A DNA stretch of 64,000 nucleotides from Promethearchaeota archaeon (GCA_030603385.1 JAUVXW010000001.1:128001-192000); one strand, 5' to 3'. Positions 10,345 through 21,411 are shown, counted from the stretch's first letter. Notes: generated from the sequence alone by a model not told the origin. Numbers and translations are program-made.

Positions 10345-11838
10345 ATGAAAATCGAGAATAGCATTGAGACATTTAATTCATTAGTAAAACGTCGTGGGTT
10401 CATTTGGGGTCCTTCTCCGGAAATTTATGGCGGATTCGCAGGTTTTTATTCTTATGGTCCAGCAGGTATGGCTCTTAAAAATAATATATTAGATCTTTTT
10501 AGACGAGAATGTCGTTATTTTGGTTTTGGGGAAGTTGAGTGCCCAACAATCATGCCCAGTATCGTTTGGGAAGCTTCAGGTCACTTAGAAAGATTTATAG
10601 ATCCCGTAATGAGATGTAATAAATGCAACACGTTGTATAGAGCAGATAAATTTCTTCAAGAAAATCTTCCTGATCTTATGATAGATGGCTTATCATTTGA
10701 GGAAATGGAGAAGTTAATTAAAAAACATGAACTAACTTGTCCTAAATGTGGAAATAATTTTCAAAAAATTGAAGAATATAATTTGATGTTAAAAACATCT
10801 GTGGGAAATAATACTACAGCTTATTTACGCCCTGAGACAGCTACTACGACATATTTACTCTTCAATCGATTGGATCAAGATGCGCGTAGGCAATATCCTA
10901 TTAAAATTTTCCAATTTGGCAAAGCATATAGAAACGAAATCTCACCTAGACAAGGGGTTCTACGAATGAGGTCTTTTGATCAATTTGAGCTTCAAATATT
11001 TATCAGTAGAGAGCAAGAAATGGAATTTGTGGATTATGAAGAAGTAAAAAACAACAAATTACCCCTATTAGACTGGAAACTTCAAGAAAAGGGCATTAAT
11101 GCGCCTAATATTATTTCTCTTGATTCAGCTATCAAAGATAAAATTCTTAAAAAACCTGCTTATGCATATTGCCTTTATGTGGCACATTATTTAACAACAA
11201 TCCTGGGTATCCCTGAAGAATTAATTAGATTTAGACAGCATTCATTAAATGAACGAGCTCATTATGCTGATGATGCATGGGATTTAGAAATCAAATCAAG
11301 ACAATTCGGATGGGTTGAGATATGTGGTGTCCATGATAGAACAGATTACGATTTAAGAAGGCATGCTGAATATTCAAAACAAAACTTTGAGATCAGTATG
11401 GGATCTGACCCAAATATTAAGGAAGTTCCTCAAGTTCTTGAAATTGCATTTGGAATTGATAGAATTATATATACTTTACTCGAAACTACCTTTAATGTTG
11501 AAGAAGGAAGAATTATACTAAAACTTAACCCAAATTTAGCACCAAATACAGTAGCAGTGTTTCCTCTTGTTAGGAATAAAGAAAATATCAGAAAATTCGC
11601 ATTAAAAATTCACAGAGAGTTGTTAGAAAATCGTATAGGTTCCTTTTACGATGTGGCAGGTTCAATAGGGAAGAGATATCGAAGACAAGATGAGTTAGGT
11701 ACAAAATGGTGTATAACGATAGATTATGAATCATTAGATGATAATTGTATTACACTTAGAGACCGTGATTCAATGGAACAAATACGGATAAATATCTCAA
11801 ATCTTTCTGAAATTATAAAAAAGAAACAAAGAGAGTAA
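10345..11838 (+). CDS. glyS: Glycine--tRNA ligase (archaeal/eukaryotic alpha2 type)
   Basis: KRRGF..EIYGG, LRPETA, GKAYRNEISPRQGVLRMR, ERAHYA, EIAFGIDR, anticodon domain GSIGKRYRRQDELG. Confidence 0.95.
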   Translation: MKIENSIETFNSLVKRRGFIWGPSPEIYGGFAGFYSYGPAGMALKNNILDLFRRECRYFGFGEVECPTIMPSIVWEASGHLERFIDPVMRCNKCNTLYRADKFLQENLPDLMIDGLSFEEMEKLIKKHELTCPKCGNNFQKIEEYNLMLKTSVGNNTTAYLRPETATTTYLLFNRLDQDARRQYPIKIFQFGKAYRNEISPRQGVLRMRSFDQFELQIFISREQEMEFVDYEEVKNNKLPLLDWKLQEKGINAPNIISLDSAIKDKILKKPAYAYCLYVAHYLTTILGIPEELIRFRQHSLNERAHYADDAWDLEIKSRQFGWVEICGVHDRTDYDLRRHAEYSKQNFEISMGSDPNIKEVPQVLEIAFGIDRIIYTLLETTFNVEEGRIILKLNPNLAPNTVAVFPLVRNKENIRKFALKIHRELLENRIGSFYDVAGSIGKRYRRQDELGTKWCITIDYESLDDNCITLRDRDSMEQIRINISNLSEIIKKKQRE

Positions 11839-11969
11839 TTTCTTACATTTTTGCTTAATATTCTGATCTTTTTGATTCTTTCAGAAAAAATTTTAAAGAG
11901 AAGGATTTTTTAAAAATATAAATTAAAATTTAAACAATTATTAATAATATTAATCTTATTCAATCTGAA

Positions 11970-14765
11970 ATGAGTTTTTTTAAATTCTATGCTACAGGAA
12001 AGAAAAGAAGGCAAAAAAGACAATATATTAAGATAATAATCTGTGTTTTCTTTACTTTGATGTTTACCCTAAATTTTTTAAATCATTATGTTTATTCAGA
12101 TCAGACAAATGATCTTGATGAAGTCATTGATAGTAAAAATGAAAATCTATTCAATTTTGACCAAAATAATTTAGATATTGCTACGGATATATCGATGCTT
12201 CAAAATCCTTTTACTGAAAACTTTGATTTATTACGTATTTTTTTCGAATATAATTATAAATCCAGTTTAGACCTTGATATCTCACTCTATTTTAGAGAGG
12301 GAGATGAAAATGGAATAATTACAGATGATACTATTTATTCAGAAGATAATTTGTTTATGTATAATTCGTTAATGAATACGGAACTTGACCCAACTGAAAT
12401 TTTTGATATTTATTTAAAGTTGAAATCGACTCCTTTATGGTATGAAGATGATAATGAGCAATTTAATTACGGATTTGTAAAGTCAGTTGATAACTCTACA
12501 GGTCAAGTGAAGGATGATGATAGATATTTAATCGATAACTTGTTGCCAATTTTTTTACTAATTGAAAATATTGGTGAAGATATCGATGATATTTCTATCA
12601 ATGGTAAGTTTCCAAAAGATTCGATTGAAGAAATGTTTTTTCTTATAAATTCTACTGATTTTTGGGATGAAACCTATGATGGATTCGCTGTTTCTAATTC
12701 TAGTTTTGATAAACACTCTGAAAGCAACTTCTATGGAATTTTAGCAAATCTCCTAATTCATCAGACATATTATCATCAACTTAATTTAAAAAACGCTATA
12801 ACTGATAAAGCATACGATTTAGCAAATAAAACAATGTCTTCAATTGTAAATAATATGTGGGATGAAACGGCTAAAGCTTTCCGTTATCGTGCTAATTCTG
12901 CTTGGAATCCTTTTGTGGTTCCTGGGGGTACCCGTTACCATTTAGATGTGAATGCATTAGGAATCATAACTTTATTAGAATTTTGGGTTGGCTCTGGAAT
13001 GGAAAGTGATTTTTTAGAGAAAGCAGTTAACCTCTACAATAGCTTAGATGATCACCTATGGAATTTGACTGGTGATGATCTTTATTCTAATATTGCTGAA
13101 TCTAATTGGTTTCTATTTGATAGTAGCACCAACCTTAATTCAAACGCTCTAATGCTAGAAGCATGTATAAGATTGTTCCAACTTACAGGAAATATAACAT
13201 ATTACAATAGAGCTATTGAACTTTTCGACTCATTTGAAAAAAATTTATATGATAGCGTAAATAAAGCATACGATTTTTCCATATCAGATAGTAGTAAGAA
13301 TTTTAACACCAATCTAAAGCTATATGATGCTTATTTGAAAGCATCTGAAACTTATAGCAGTACGATATTAAGGGCAAATTATAATCTAACTGCTACAGTC
13401 CCTGATTTAGTTTTTAATCAAGACATTATGAATTTAACATCAGTTTATGCATTTGAGAATACGGAATATTATTACAATCTCTCAATTGATTCTTATGTTC
13501 CTTTTACTACAAGGCATAATATAACTGATGCAGACATAAATTATATTTTTAAATATCCAAATGGAACATTTTTGTATCAATTTGAAATTAATAGTCCGGC
13601 TGAATCACAAACTCTCAATTACATTATCGAAGAAACATTGCCAATGGGAGAAGGTTATTATATTTATATTTGGGGGAATAAAACATATTTCAAATTAGCT
13701 GACACTATTAAACGTTTCAACGTTAATTCTGGGCTAATAAATGAAACAATTGAGGGTTTAGTTAGTTTTTTATATCAAGGTCCGCTCTTAAATATAACAC
13801 TTCCTATCAATTATACTAGAAGAGATAATTTGACACTAACAGCATCTTTAGAGGGCAACGATATAATTAATTTCACCGCTCAGGAAGTCAATTTTACTGC
13901 AACTACTGAATTGGAAGAATTTACATATATTAATTTTAATCTTACTGCTAGACATGGAGCTATTCCTGGTCCTAGTGAAATTGTTTTCAAAATTACTAAA
14001 GGTAATATATTATATTTAGAAATTAAAAAAATAATAGAAATTGGGTATTCATTTGATTACGAATATTTATTATATCAAAGTAAGGTTGTTAGTGGTGAAA
14101 ATATTGATATTTTTCTAGATTTAATTAATTATTTACCAAACGCAACACAATCTTTGAATATTAGTTTTACTGGAAAAACAGAAAATTCAATTGAGACTTT
14201 GAATCAAGAAGTAACTTTAGATAAAAAGGAGATTAGATCAATTTCATTTAATCTGAAAACTCTTAAAAATATCGAAAATGATATAATTAGGATAGAAATG
14301 AATATACTTCAGAATACAACCATATATTATACTGAAGAATTGACTATAGAAATTATACCAAGATTTGAAATAATTAGCGTTTCATTTCCAGGAAAAATCT
14401 CTCAAGGAGCGCCCGCTTATTTTATTGCTACGATAAAGAATAACTTAGAGAATTCAGAAGCATTTTCTTTATACGTTAATGGAAAATTAGTGCAATCAAA
14501 TATCAACGAGCTCATCCCTGGTGAGAATAGGATTGAAAAAAAAATCATCCCTACACATAATCCATATGAATTTGGAACTAAGATTTATCGGGTAATCTTA
14601 GAGGATAGCGAAAATAAAGAAATTGCGAGATTCTATTTTAAAGTTGTTTTAGAGCTCTCAACCTTTAATTTAATAATTTTTTATATAGTACCTGTCATCA
14701 TCCCCATTGGTATTATGTTATACTTCTTAAATAAACAGATAAAACATAAAAAATTGAGAAGATGA
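11970..14765 (+). CDS. Large membrane-anchored extracellular protein with putative (alpha/alpha)6 domain and beta-sandwich repeats
   Basis: Basic N-terminus and hydrophobic signal/TM helix; six-hairpin-like segments (HLDVNALGIITLLE, SNALMLEACIRLFQLTGNITYYNRAIEL); beta-rich C-terminal half; many N-x-S/T sequons; C-terminal TM helix and basic tail. Confidence 0.65.
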   Translation: MSFFKFYATGKKRRQKRQYIKIIICVFFTLMFTLNFLNHYVYSDQTNDLDEVIDSKNENLFNFDQNNLDIATDISMLQNPFTENFDLLRIFFEYNYKSSLDLDISLYFREGDENGIITDDTIYSEDNLFMYNSLMNTELDPTEIFDIYLKLKSTPLWYEDDNEQFNYGFVKSVDNSTGQVKDDDRYLIDNLLPIFLLIENIGEDIDDISINGKFPKDSIEEMFFLINSTDFWDETYDGFAVSNSSFDKHSESNFYGILANLLIHQTYYHQLNLKNAITDKAYDLANKTMSSIVNNMWDETAKAFRYRANSAWNPFVVPGGTRYHLDVNALGIITLLEFWVGSGMESDFLEKAVNLYNSLDDHLWNLTGDDLYSNIAESNWFLFDSSTNLNSNALMLEACIRLFQLTGNITYYNRAIELFDSFEKNLYDSVNKAYDFSISDSSKNFNTNLKLYDAYLKASETYSSTILRANYNLTATVPDLVFNQDIMNLTSVYAFENTEYYYNLSIDSYVPFTTRHNITDADINYIFKYPNGTFLYQFEINSPAESQTLNYIIEETLPMGEGYYIYIWGNKTYFKLADTIKRFNVNSGLINETIEGLVSFLYQGPLLNITLPINYTRRDNLTLTASLEGNDIINFTAQEVNFTATTELEEFTYINFNLTARHGAIPGPSEIVFKITKGNILYLEIKKIIEIGYSFDYEYLLYQSKVVSGENIDIFLDLINYLPNATQSLNISFTGKTENSIETLNQEVTLDKKEIRSISFNLKTLKNIENDIIRIEMNILQNTTIYYTEELTIEIIPRFEIISVSFPGKISQGAPAYFIATIKNNLENSEAFSLYVNGKLVQSNINELIPGENRIEKKIIPTHNPYEFGTKIYRVILEDSENKEIARFYFKVVLELSTFNLIIFYIVPVIIPIGIMLYFLNKQIKHKKLRR

Positions 14766-14771
14766 GAAATA

Positions 14772-16463
14772 TTGAGAAATAGAAAACAAATCAGTATTGC
14801 CTTAATTCTTTTTATTGTATTTAATACTTTTTTTGGTGTTATTTTAATTTCCTTTAAGGAATCTCCAATTTCAGATATAGATGACGGGGATAGAGAAAAA
14901 ATATTTTATAATCCAAAATTATCAAATGGTAAATGGGCTTTATCTTATAATGCAATAAATCGAAGTGCTGAAACCATTTATCGGTTATTTGAATCTATCA
15001 ATTTCACTATTGACACCTTTGGGAAAAATGATGTTGATCATGCGGTTATGCAAATAGATTTTTCTAATGGCTCTACCATTAATTACAATATGGAAAATTT
15101 TACAATTTATAAATATTCTTATGAGTATACACCAGAATACAACGCACCTTTAGGTTTTCAGAATGTAAGCTTTCTAATTTACAATATTACCGAGACACTT
15201 TTAAATACACATACAACTTATACTAATTTTACAATTCAGACTAACTACATGGCATTCACTAATAGTTCTGAATATTACGTTGGAGATGACTTATATGCAG
15301 AATTAATTGTTACAAATTGTTCAAGATGGAATCTTACAATCGTAGATAGCACAATTGAATCGGAACAGCGTAATATAACTAACTTTGAATATAACTCTAT
15401 TCAGTTTATTTATCGAATTAATAATGAAACTTTTTATAACTTTTTAGGTCAAACTTTTTATATTAAACTCAATATGACAGATACAGACTTTGGCATAAAA
15501 GGCGCAGCATATTATCCATTTAAAGTTTTAAATACAAATCCAATTATAGATAGTTCATCGATAACATTTTCTCCAGAAGAACTATACAGAAATGAAGATT
15601 GTGAGATTACTCTGAATGTGACAGATACTGAAGATCTCCCAGAAAATCTAGATGTAAGTATGTCTATCGAAGATCCTCAAGGAAATTTCCTTTCTACGAT
15701 CTCACTAGATCATGATACCAATATCACTTTTTCAGGGGAATTTTCTATTGCTGCTGGAAGACCAGTTGGAAAATACAGGATTGATATTACTGCAGAAGAT
15801 AAATTTGGTGGAATCGGCTCTTACTTAGTTTTTCTCACAGTAAAAAATAATCTACCCGAAATTCACAGCGTTAAGATTAACGGAAGATCAATGGTTCAAG
15901 GATTGTCGATATTATATGGTAAGAATTTAGTCTTTTCCTTTAATGTTTCGGATGTAGAAAGAGTTGCCTATATTAAAGTCGCTCTTATAGATGAAAATGG
16001 TGAATGGTATAATATAACCCGAGACTATAAAGGTATTGATACAGAAATAAATATCCGGACTATTGACTTAATAACTGGGGTCTGGTACGTGTATATTTAT
16101 GTTATTGATTCTGATGGAGCAATCACAACCCTTACAGACGATTTTGATGGGGCCCCCCCAGCAATAACGATTATTCCTGATGTATTAAGTGATTATTTAC
16201 CATGGATTATTTTCTTTTTAGGATTAATTATTGGGATGTTAATAAGTATTGGACTTGCTTACAGACATTTTAAATCAAAAGCGATTGGATCAAAAGTAGT
16301 AACTCCTACAAAGAAAGAGATATCATCAAAAAAACCATCAATCAAGAAAAAAGAAAAAGAGAAGCAAACTGAAGAATTAATAGAAGAGAAAGAGACAGAA
16401 GAAAAAACATCGGAAAAAGAAGAAGAGAGTGTTCCTAAACGTAAAATAAAAAGAAAATTATAA
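14772..16463 (+). CDS. Membrane-anchored extracellular protein with Ig-like repeats
   Basis: Signal/TM helix; repeats of the type NTNPII..ITLNVTDTED..GKYRIDITAEDKFG and NNLPEI..FNVSDVE..GVWYVYIYVIDSDG; TM helix; K/E-rich cytoplasmic tail. Starts 6 bp after the previous gene. Confidence 0.7.
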   Translation: MRNRKQISIALILFIVFNTFFGVILISFKESPISDIDDGDREKIFYNPKLSNGKWALSYNAINRSAETIYRLFESINFTIDTFGKNDVDHAVMQIDFSNGSTINYNMENFTIYKYSYEYTPEYNAPLGFQNVSFLIYNITETLLNTHTTYTNFTIQTNYMAFTNSSEYYVGDDLYAELIVTNCSRWNLTIVDSTIESEQRNITNFEYNSIQFIYRINNETFYNFLGQTFYIKLNMTDTDFGIKGAAYYPFKVLNTNPIIDSSSITFSPEELYRNEDCEITLNVTDTEDLPENLDVSMSIEDPQGNFLSTISLDHDTNITFSGEFSIAAGRPVGKYRIDITAEDKFGGIGSYLVFLTVKNNLPEIHSVKINGRSMVQGLSILYGKNLVFSFNVSDVERVAYIKVALIDENGEWYNITRDYKGIDTEINIRTIDLITGVWYVYIYVIDSDGAITTLTDDFDGAPPAITIIPDVLSDYLPWIIFFLGLIIGMLISIGLAYRHFKSKAIGSKVVTPTKKEISSKKPSIKKKEKEKQTEELIEEKETEEKTSEKEEESVPKRKIKRKL

Positions 16464-16512
16464 ATAAAATTTTTAAAATTTTTTCTTGTCTAAAAATTAA
16501 TAATTTTATTTG

Positions 16513-17424
16513 CTATCCTAAGACATCATAAAGCTTATATTGAAATCTCCCGAGTTTCCCTCCAAAATTACCCGCAGAAATTCTATTTATACCTGGAACT
16601 TTTACCGCAGCTTCAATTCCTAGTTTCATTCCCTTTTTTATCGCTTCTTCCGTAGCCCCATCCAAAATTACCTCATAAACACAATTATCTCCTTCGCGTA
16701 ACATAGAATTTTCAATTTTAGTTCTTAGAGTAGGACAAAGTGGATCATTTGTGGATGCATTTAAGAAACTGTACTTTGACCCTACTTTTGATCCAGATCG
16801 TGCTATACCACCGGGGAATGGAGTTATTAAGTTAGGTACATCTTTGATTGCATCTATTGCTTTTTCAGCTGCTTCAAGGGCAACCTCTTGATTCTGCCCA
16901 ATGATCAAGAAATTCCCCCCAGCTATTCCTTTCCCAACTTTCGCCATACTTTGAACAATAAATTCTCCATCCATCACTGGAATTGACCATGCCTCAAATG
17001 GAAATTTACCCTCAACTTTTTCTTGAAACCCATCACCAAAAAATTTGAGATTTGCTCCTATTTTTATTTCAAATTCTTTTTCAGGTGCTAATGATCCATC
17101 TAATGCATCATAACAAGCTGTAGTGGGGCAAGTTAAGACACACTGTCCCAACCGATTCATTACAACGTTGCTTACTTGATCTTTTTTGGTTTTGAAAAAC
17201 ATAATAATGACTCCGGGGCGATTATCTGGAGTTTTATCTGAGGGAACAAAAATATCAATTCCTGCTTCTGCATCACAATGAATTGTCGATGTTCCATAGC
17301 CCGTTGATACTAATGCCGCAATTTTTACCCACTTTTCATTCTTAGCTGTAACTAATATTCGCGTAAAAAACCCACCAAAAGCTTCACAGAAAGTATCCTC
17401 AATTTCTACACCATTTAATTCCAT
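16513..17424 (-). CDS. ftr: Formylmethanofuran--tetrahydromethanopterin N-formyltransferase
   Basis: NGVEIEDTFCEAF, TPDNRPG, RLGQCVLTCPTT, FFGDGFQ, PFPGGIARSGSKVGSKY, ISAGNFGGKLG. Confidence 0.97.
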   Translation of the reverse strand: MELNGVEIEDTFCEAFGGFFTRILVTAKNEKWVKIAALVSTGYGTSTIHCDAEAGIDIFVPSDKTPDNRPGVIIMFFKTKKDQVSNVVMNRLGQCVLTCPTTACYDALDGSLAPEKEFEIKIGANLKFFGDGFQEKVEGKFPFEAWSIPVMDGEFIVQSMAKVGKGIAGGNFLIIGQNQEVALEAAEKAIDAIKDVPNLITPFPGGIARSGSKVGSKYSFLNASTNDPLCPTLRTKIENSMLREGDNCVYEVILDGATEEAIKKGMKLGIEAAVKVPGINRISAGNFGGKLGRFQYKLYDVLG

Positions 17425-17583
17425 TTTTATTACTCCTTCTAATTGATTTTAATAATGAAAATTTTAATTGTCGTATGAACTAATAGCGTTCTATTTTATA
17501 TAAAATTTTGAAAAAAAAATAAAAAGATTGAAAAATTGTATGGTATTATATTAAAATTGAAATTACAGAGTATGTTGTAAAAA

Positions 17584-18420
17584 ATGAGCGAAAAAGTACT
17601 TAAGATTGGAATTTTAAAGAATGGAACTATTGGATCATCTCTATTACTTGCTTTCTTAATGGATGAGCGTGCTGAATCTACGATGATTAATGTATACGAA
17701 GTAACATCCGGTGCAAAAATGCACCCCCCCGAAATGTGTACAAAAACTATGGAAGATCTATTAAAATGGAATCCTGAATTAATAATTATGTCAAGTCCTA
17801 ATGCAGCTTTACCAGGACCAAAATCCGCTAGAGAAATGGCAGGAAATATTCCTACTATAGTTATTTCAGATGCGCCCGCCAAAAAAGCAGTTGAAGAAAT
17901 TAAAGATAAAAACATGGGTTATATTTTAATAAATTGTGACAGCATGATTGGAGCACGTAGACCTTTTCTTGACCCGATTGAGATGAGCATTTTCAATTCG
18001 GATTTGTTAAAGGTTCTTGCTATAACTGGAGCACTTCAAGTTATAACAGAAGAATTAAATAAAGTTATTCTGGATATGCTAGATGGAAGAACTCCTACTC
18101 TGCCTCAAATAATTGTAGACTCTAATATTGCATCAGAAGCTGCGAATTTCTCAAATCCATATGCGAGAGCAAAAGCTATTGCTGCTTTTGAATTAGCAGC
18201 TTCGGTTTCTAATATTACTGGAAAAGCTTGTTTTCAACTAAAAGAGAGATCTGAATATATACCATTACTCGCAACTGCCCACGAGATGATGAGAGCTGCT
18301 GCACTAATGTGTGATGAAGCAAGAGAAATTGAGAAATCTAATGATACCGTTATTAGAAGACCTCATCATGCTAAGCAGCATTTCCTTACAAAAATAGGTT
18401 TATATGATAAAGAACAGTAA
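17584..18420 (+). CDS. mtd: F420-dependent methylenetetrahydromethanopterin dehydrogenase
   Basis: KIGILKNGTIGSS, DERAE, SGAKMHP, SPNAALPGP, DSMIGARRPFLDPIEM, FSNPYARAKA, AHEMMR. Confidence 0.95.
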   Translation: MSEKVLKIGILKNGTIGSSLLLAFLMDERAESTMINVYEVTSGAKMHPPEMCTKTMEDLLKWNPELIIMSSPNAALPGPKSAREMAGNIPTIVISDAPAKKAVEEIKDKNMGYILINCDSMIGARRPFLDPIEMSIFNSDLLKVLAITGALQVITEELNKVILDMLDGRTPTLPQIIVDSNIASEAANFSNPYARAKAIAAFELAASVSNITGKACFQLKERSEYIPLLATAHEMMRAAALMCDEAREIEKSNDTVIRRPHHAKQHFLTKIGLYDKEQ

Positions 18421-18490
18421 TTACACAAAAAGTAAGAAAAAAGTCCTTAAAATCTACTATTTTATTTTAATTATTTTTTTTATAAATATG

Positions 18491-19447
18491 CTAAAATTCA
18501 GAAGATTTTAAATATATTTTTAAACTATTGAAAGCTTCTCCATTTAAAGCGCCCAATACTCCTGAAAAAACTTCAGGTCGTTTACTTCTTGTAACAGCCA
18601 TTAAAACAGCTCCATTAATAACTTCTTTTACTAAAATCCAACAATCTTCTGATTCGTAAACTACAGTTGATAATTTTAATGGAGACAAATTCGTAATGCT
18701 TTGAAATTCCATAATTTGTTGATAGATACTATAGATATTAGAATCTAATGTTCCAATCTCAAATTTCATAAATTGCAATGGTTTTGATTCAAATTTACCG
18801 AACGTCGATGTAATTAATAAGCCATCAGGTTGGTTGAATAAAAGGTATTCTGATATAGTATTAATCTTTAATTCATCTAATAAATGACGAATCTTTCCTA
18901 AACGTTGTAAGGATAAAGTATTCTTCTGGATCTCAAAATCTAAAATTTCGATTAATCTATGTTGAGCACTTCCTTCTTTTACAGACACTGGCGTGAAAGA
19001 AATCTTATCAATAAATTCCCCGTTTAACCCTTTAGATAATATCTCATAATATTCATCCTCTTTCGATTCTTGTAAATCAATTTTATTTAGCAATACATAT
19101 GCTTGATCGATTTCAGGAGAAAATTCAAATAAATATTTCAAGAAGTTATTAAAAATATCTCGTACTCCCGCGTCCACAAGAGCAGAATCTACCATAAAAA
19201 CTGCAGCAGTAACCTCGGAAAATATGAGTTCGCGCTGGGAATCAGAGAAATAACGTTCTAAATACCGTTCTTGACCGCCTAGATCCCAAATTGATAGCTC
19301 TAAAATTCCTCGGAAAATGAAATTTTCTCTAGAAACACCTTTAGTAGGTTTTAGATTTAGGACTTTCATAAAGTTGTATCCTAGGCAAGTAGTCCTCATT
19401 AAACTTGTCTTGCCTGCTCCAGCAGGTCCAAATAAAAGAATTTTCAT
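18491..19447 (-). CDS. Rag/Gtr1-like small GTPase with C-terminal roadblock/longin-like domain
   Basis: G1 GPAGAGKTS, G2 KPT, G3 WDLGGQERYLERYFSDSQRELIF (RagA-like), G4 NKID; C-terminal SEYLLFNQPDGLLITS...WILVKEV..AVLMAVT. Confidence 0.85.
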   Translation of the reverse strand: MKILLFGPAGAGKTSLMRTTCLGYNFMKVLNLKPTKGVSRENFIFRGILELSIWDLGGQERYLERYFSDSQRELIFSEVTAAVFMVDSALVDAGVRDIFNNFLKYLFEFSPEIDQAYVLLNKIDLQESKEDEYYEILSKGLNGEFIDKISFTPVSVKEGSAQHRLIEILDFEIQKNTLSLQRLGKIRHLLDELKINTISEYLLFNQPDGLLITSTFGKFESKPLQFMKFEIGTLDSNIYSIYQQIMEFQSITNLSPLKLSTVVYESEDCWILVKEVINGAVLMAVTRSKRPEVFSGVLGALNGEAFNSLKIYLKSSEF

Positions 19448-19683
19448 CGTTCTTTATATTTTTTTTAGAATGTAATTAAGAAATCAATACATTAATATTA
19501 TTTTCAATGAAATTAATTGATTTTATATAATCTTTATAATTTTATCTTTATTTAATTTTTTCGAATTCTTAAAAAGAATTTAGTTTAAAAGCAAATTGAT
19601 CATGTGACGATTCAATTAGATATAATTTTTAATTCAATAAAATACGATATAGATATAATAACAAAAAAAGGATTAAAAATAAA

Positions 19684-20211
19684 ATGGATCTTTTAAAATA
19701 TATACGTAATGTACCTGATTTTCCAATTAAAGGAATTCAGTTCAAGGATATTACTACTTTGGCTAAACTTCACGCACCTTTTAAAGAATCATGTGACCAG
19801 ATAATAAATTACTTTAATGACAAAGGGATAACAAAAGTTACTGCAATTGAAGCAAGGGGGTACATTTGGGGGGGGGTTATAGCATACCAATTAGAGGCTG
19901 GGTTTGTTTTAATTAGAAAGCCAGGAAAATTACCTGCTGAGACAATTAGTGAGACTTATGAACTTGAATATGGTACAGATTCTATTGAAATGCACCGTGA
20001 TGCTATTGAAGAAGGAGAAAAAGTATTAGTTTTTGATGATTTACTCGCAACTGGTGGCACAGCAAAAGCAGCATGTAATCTAGTAGAAAAAGCGGGTGGA
20101 GAGGTTGTTGGTGTTGCTTTTATAATTGAATTAACGGGAAGCCTACACGGTAGAGACAAATTAAAGGATTATAACATTGTCTCTTTAATAGAGATTCCAG
20201 TTGAAGAATAA
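19684..20211 (+). CDS. apt: Adenine phosphoribosyltransferase
   Basis: IRNVPDFPIKGIQFKDIT, IEARG, RKPGKLP, YELEYG, PRPP-binding DDLLATGGT. Confidence 0.97.
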   Translation: MDLLKYIRNVPDFPIKGIQFKDITTLAKLHAPFKESCDQIINYFNDKGITKVTAIEARGYIWGGVIAYQLEAGFVLIRKPGKLPAETISETYELEYGTDSIEMHRDAIEEGEKVLVFDDLLATGGTAKAACNLVEKAGGEVVGVAFIIELTGSLHGRDKLKDYNIVSLIEIPVEE

Positions 20212-20246
20212 ATTATTATATTAAAATAATTTAACAAGTCTTTTTT

Positions 20247-21245
20247 TTATATTCCTTCTAACTCAGCAGGAGTATATCCAAATGTTATAAAAAACCTCTT
20301 TTTTACTTGTTCTAAATTAAAAACTTGTGTTTGTGCCCCGGTAGTTTCAACCACAAACGAACCAATAATAGCTCCCAATCGACAAGAATCTAATATAGTC
20401 ATATTTAATATTAAACCGGTTAGTATTCCAGCACGATATCCATCTCCTGCACCAGTTGTATCTTTAACTTCCTTAGGCGTAGCAATTGAGATATTTATTT
20501 TAAATATTTTATTAGTCTCATCTTTATAGAGCAATTCAGACCCTTCAGATCCTTTAGTTATAATAATTGCCCTAACATGTTCAAGTATAGACTCTTCATT
20601 TAACTCGGATTTTTCTTTTATTTGATTTATTTCATGGTTATTGCCAATCAAAATTTCTGATTTATTAAGTATCTCGATTAGACTATCTTTCAGGAAAAGT
20701 GGAGTAACTTGTCCAGGATCAAATATAGAGGGAATTTTTAAATCAAATAATTGACCGGCAAAATTAGTCATAGCTTCTATACTCTGTGTTGAATTTATTG
20801 CATAAATATATTCTTCCGGATTTAATATTTTTTCTTTTAAATCAATATCCTTACACTTATCTAAAGCACCACCATGAAAAATGATCATTTGATTAGATTT
20901 GATATCATTAACTATATAACAAGCTGCTGTGAAAAGATCATCATGCTCATCAACTAATAATTCTATATTTTTAAACCTTTTTATATGATCTTTATATCCT
21001 AAACTCTCAAAATCATTTCCAACTGAACCAAATAATGATGTAACTGCAATATTTAAAAGTCCCAGATTATATGCGATGTTTCCTGCTGTTCCTCCAAAAA
21101 ATTGATGACGGCTATCTGCTGTGACAGTACTTTGATATTCCCCCTTATCGTGGTCAATAGATACGGCATTAATAAAACTCTCTTTAAAACCCATTATATA
21201 ATCAAAAGCTAATGATCCAAGAACAATAACTTTGGTTTTTTGCAT
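20247..21245 (-). CDS. PfkB/ribokinase-family nucleoside (adenosine-type) kinase
   Basis: GSLAFDYIM, FGGTAGNIAYNL, FDPGQ, DTTGAGDGYRAG; lies between apt and mtnP. Confidence 0.85.
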   Translation of the reverse strand: MQKTKVIVLGSLAFDYIMGFKESFINAVSIDHDKGEYQSTVTADSRHQFFGGTAGNIAYNLGLLNIAVTSLFGSVGNDFESLGYKDHIKRFKNIELLVDEHDDLFTAACYIVNDIKSNQMIIFHGGALDKCKDIDLKEKILNPEEYIYAINSTQSIEAMTNFAGQLFDLKIPSIFDPGQVTPLFLKDSLIEILNKSEILIGNNHEINQIKEKSELNEESILEHVRAIIITKGSEGSELLYKDETNKIFKINISIATPKEVKDTTGAGDGYRAGILTGLILNMTILDSCRLGAIIGSFVVETTGAQTQVFNLEQVKKRFFITFGYTPAELEGI

Positions 21246-21411
21246 GAGATTTTAAATTAAAATTAAGAAATAAATTTTATAGTAATCTATACTATATTAA
21301 AGCTTTATAGGAATTGCTATCTAGTAAGTTTTTTCATTATAGTCACCGGTTAAAAATAATTTATTAAATTTCAAATATTATAATTTAAAAAACTCTAAAT
21401 GGAAAAAAAAA

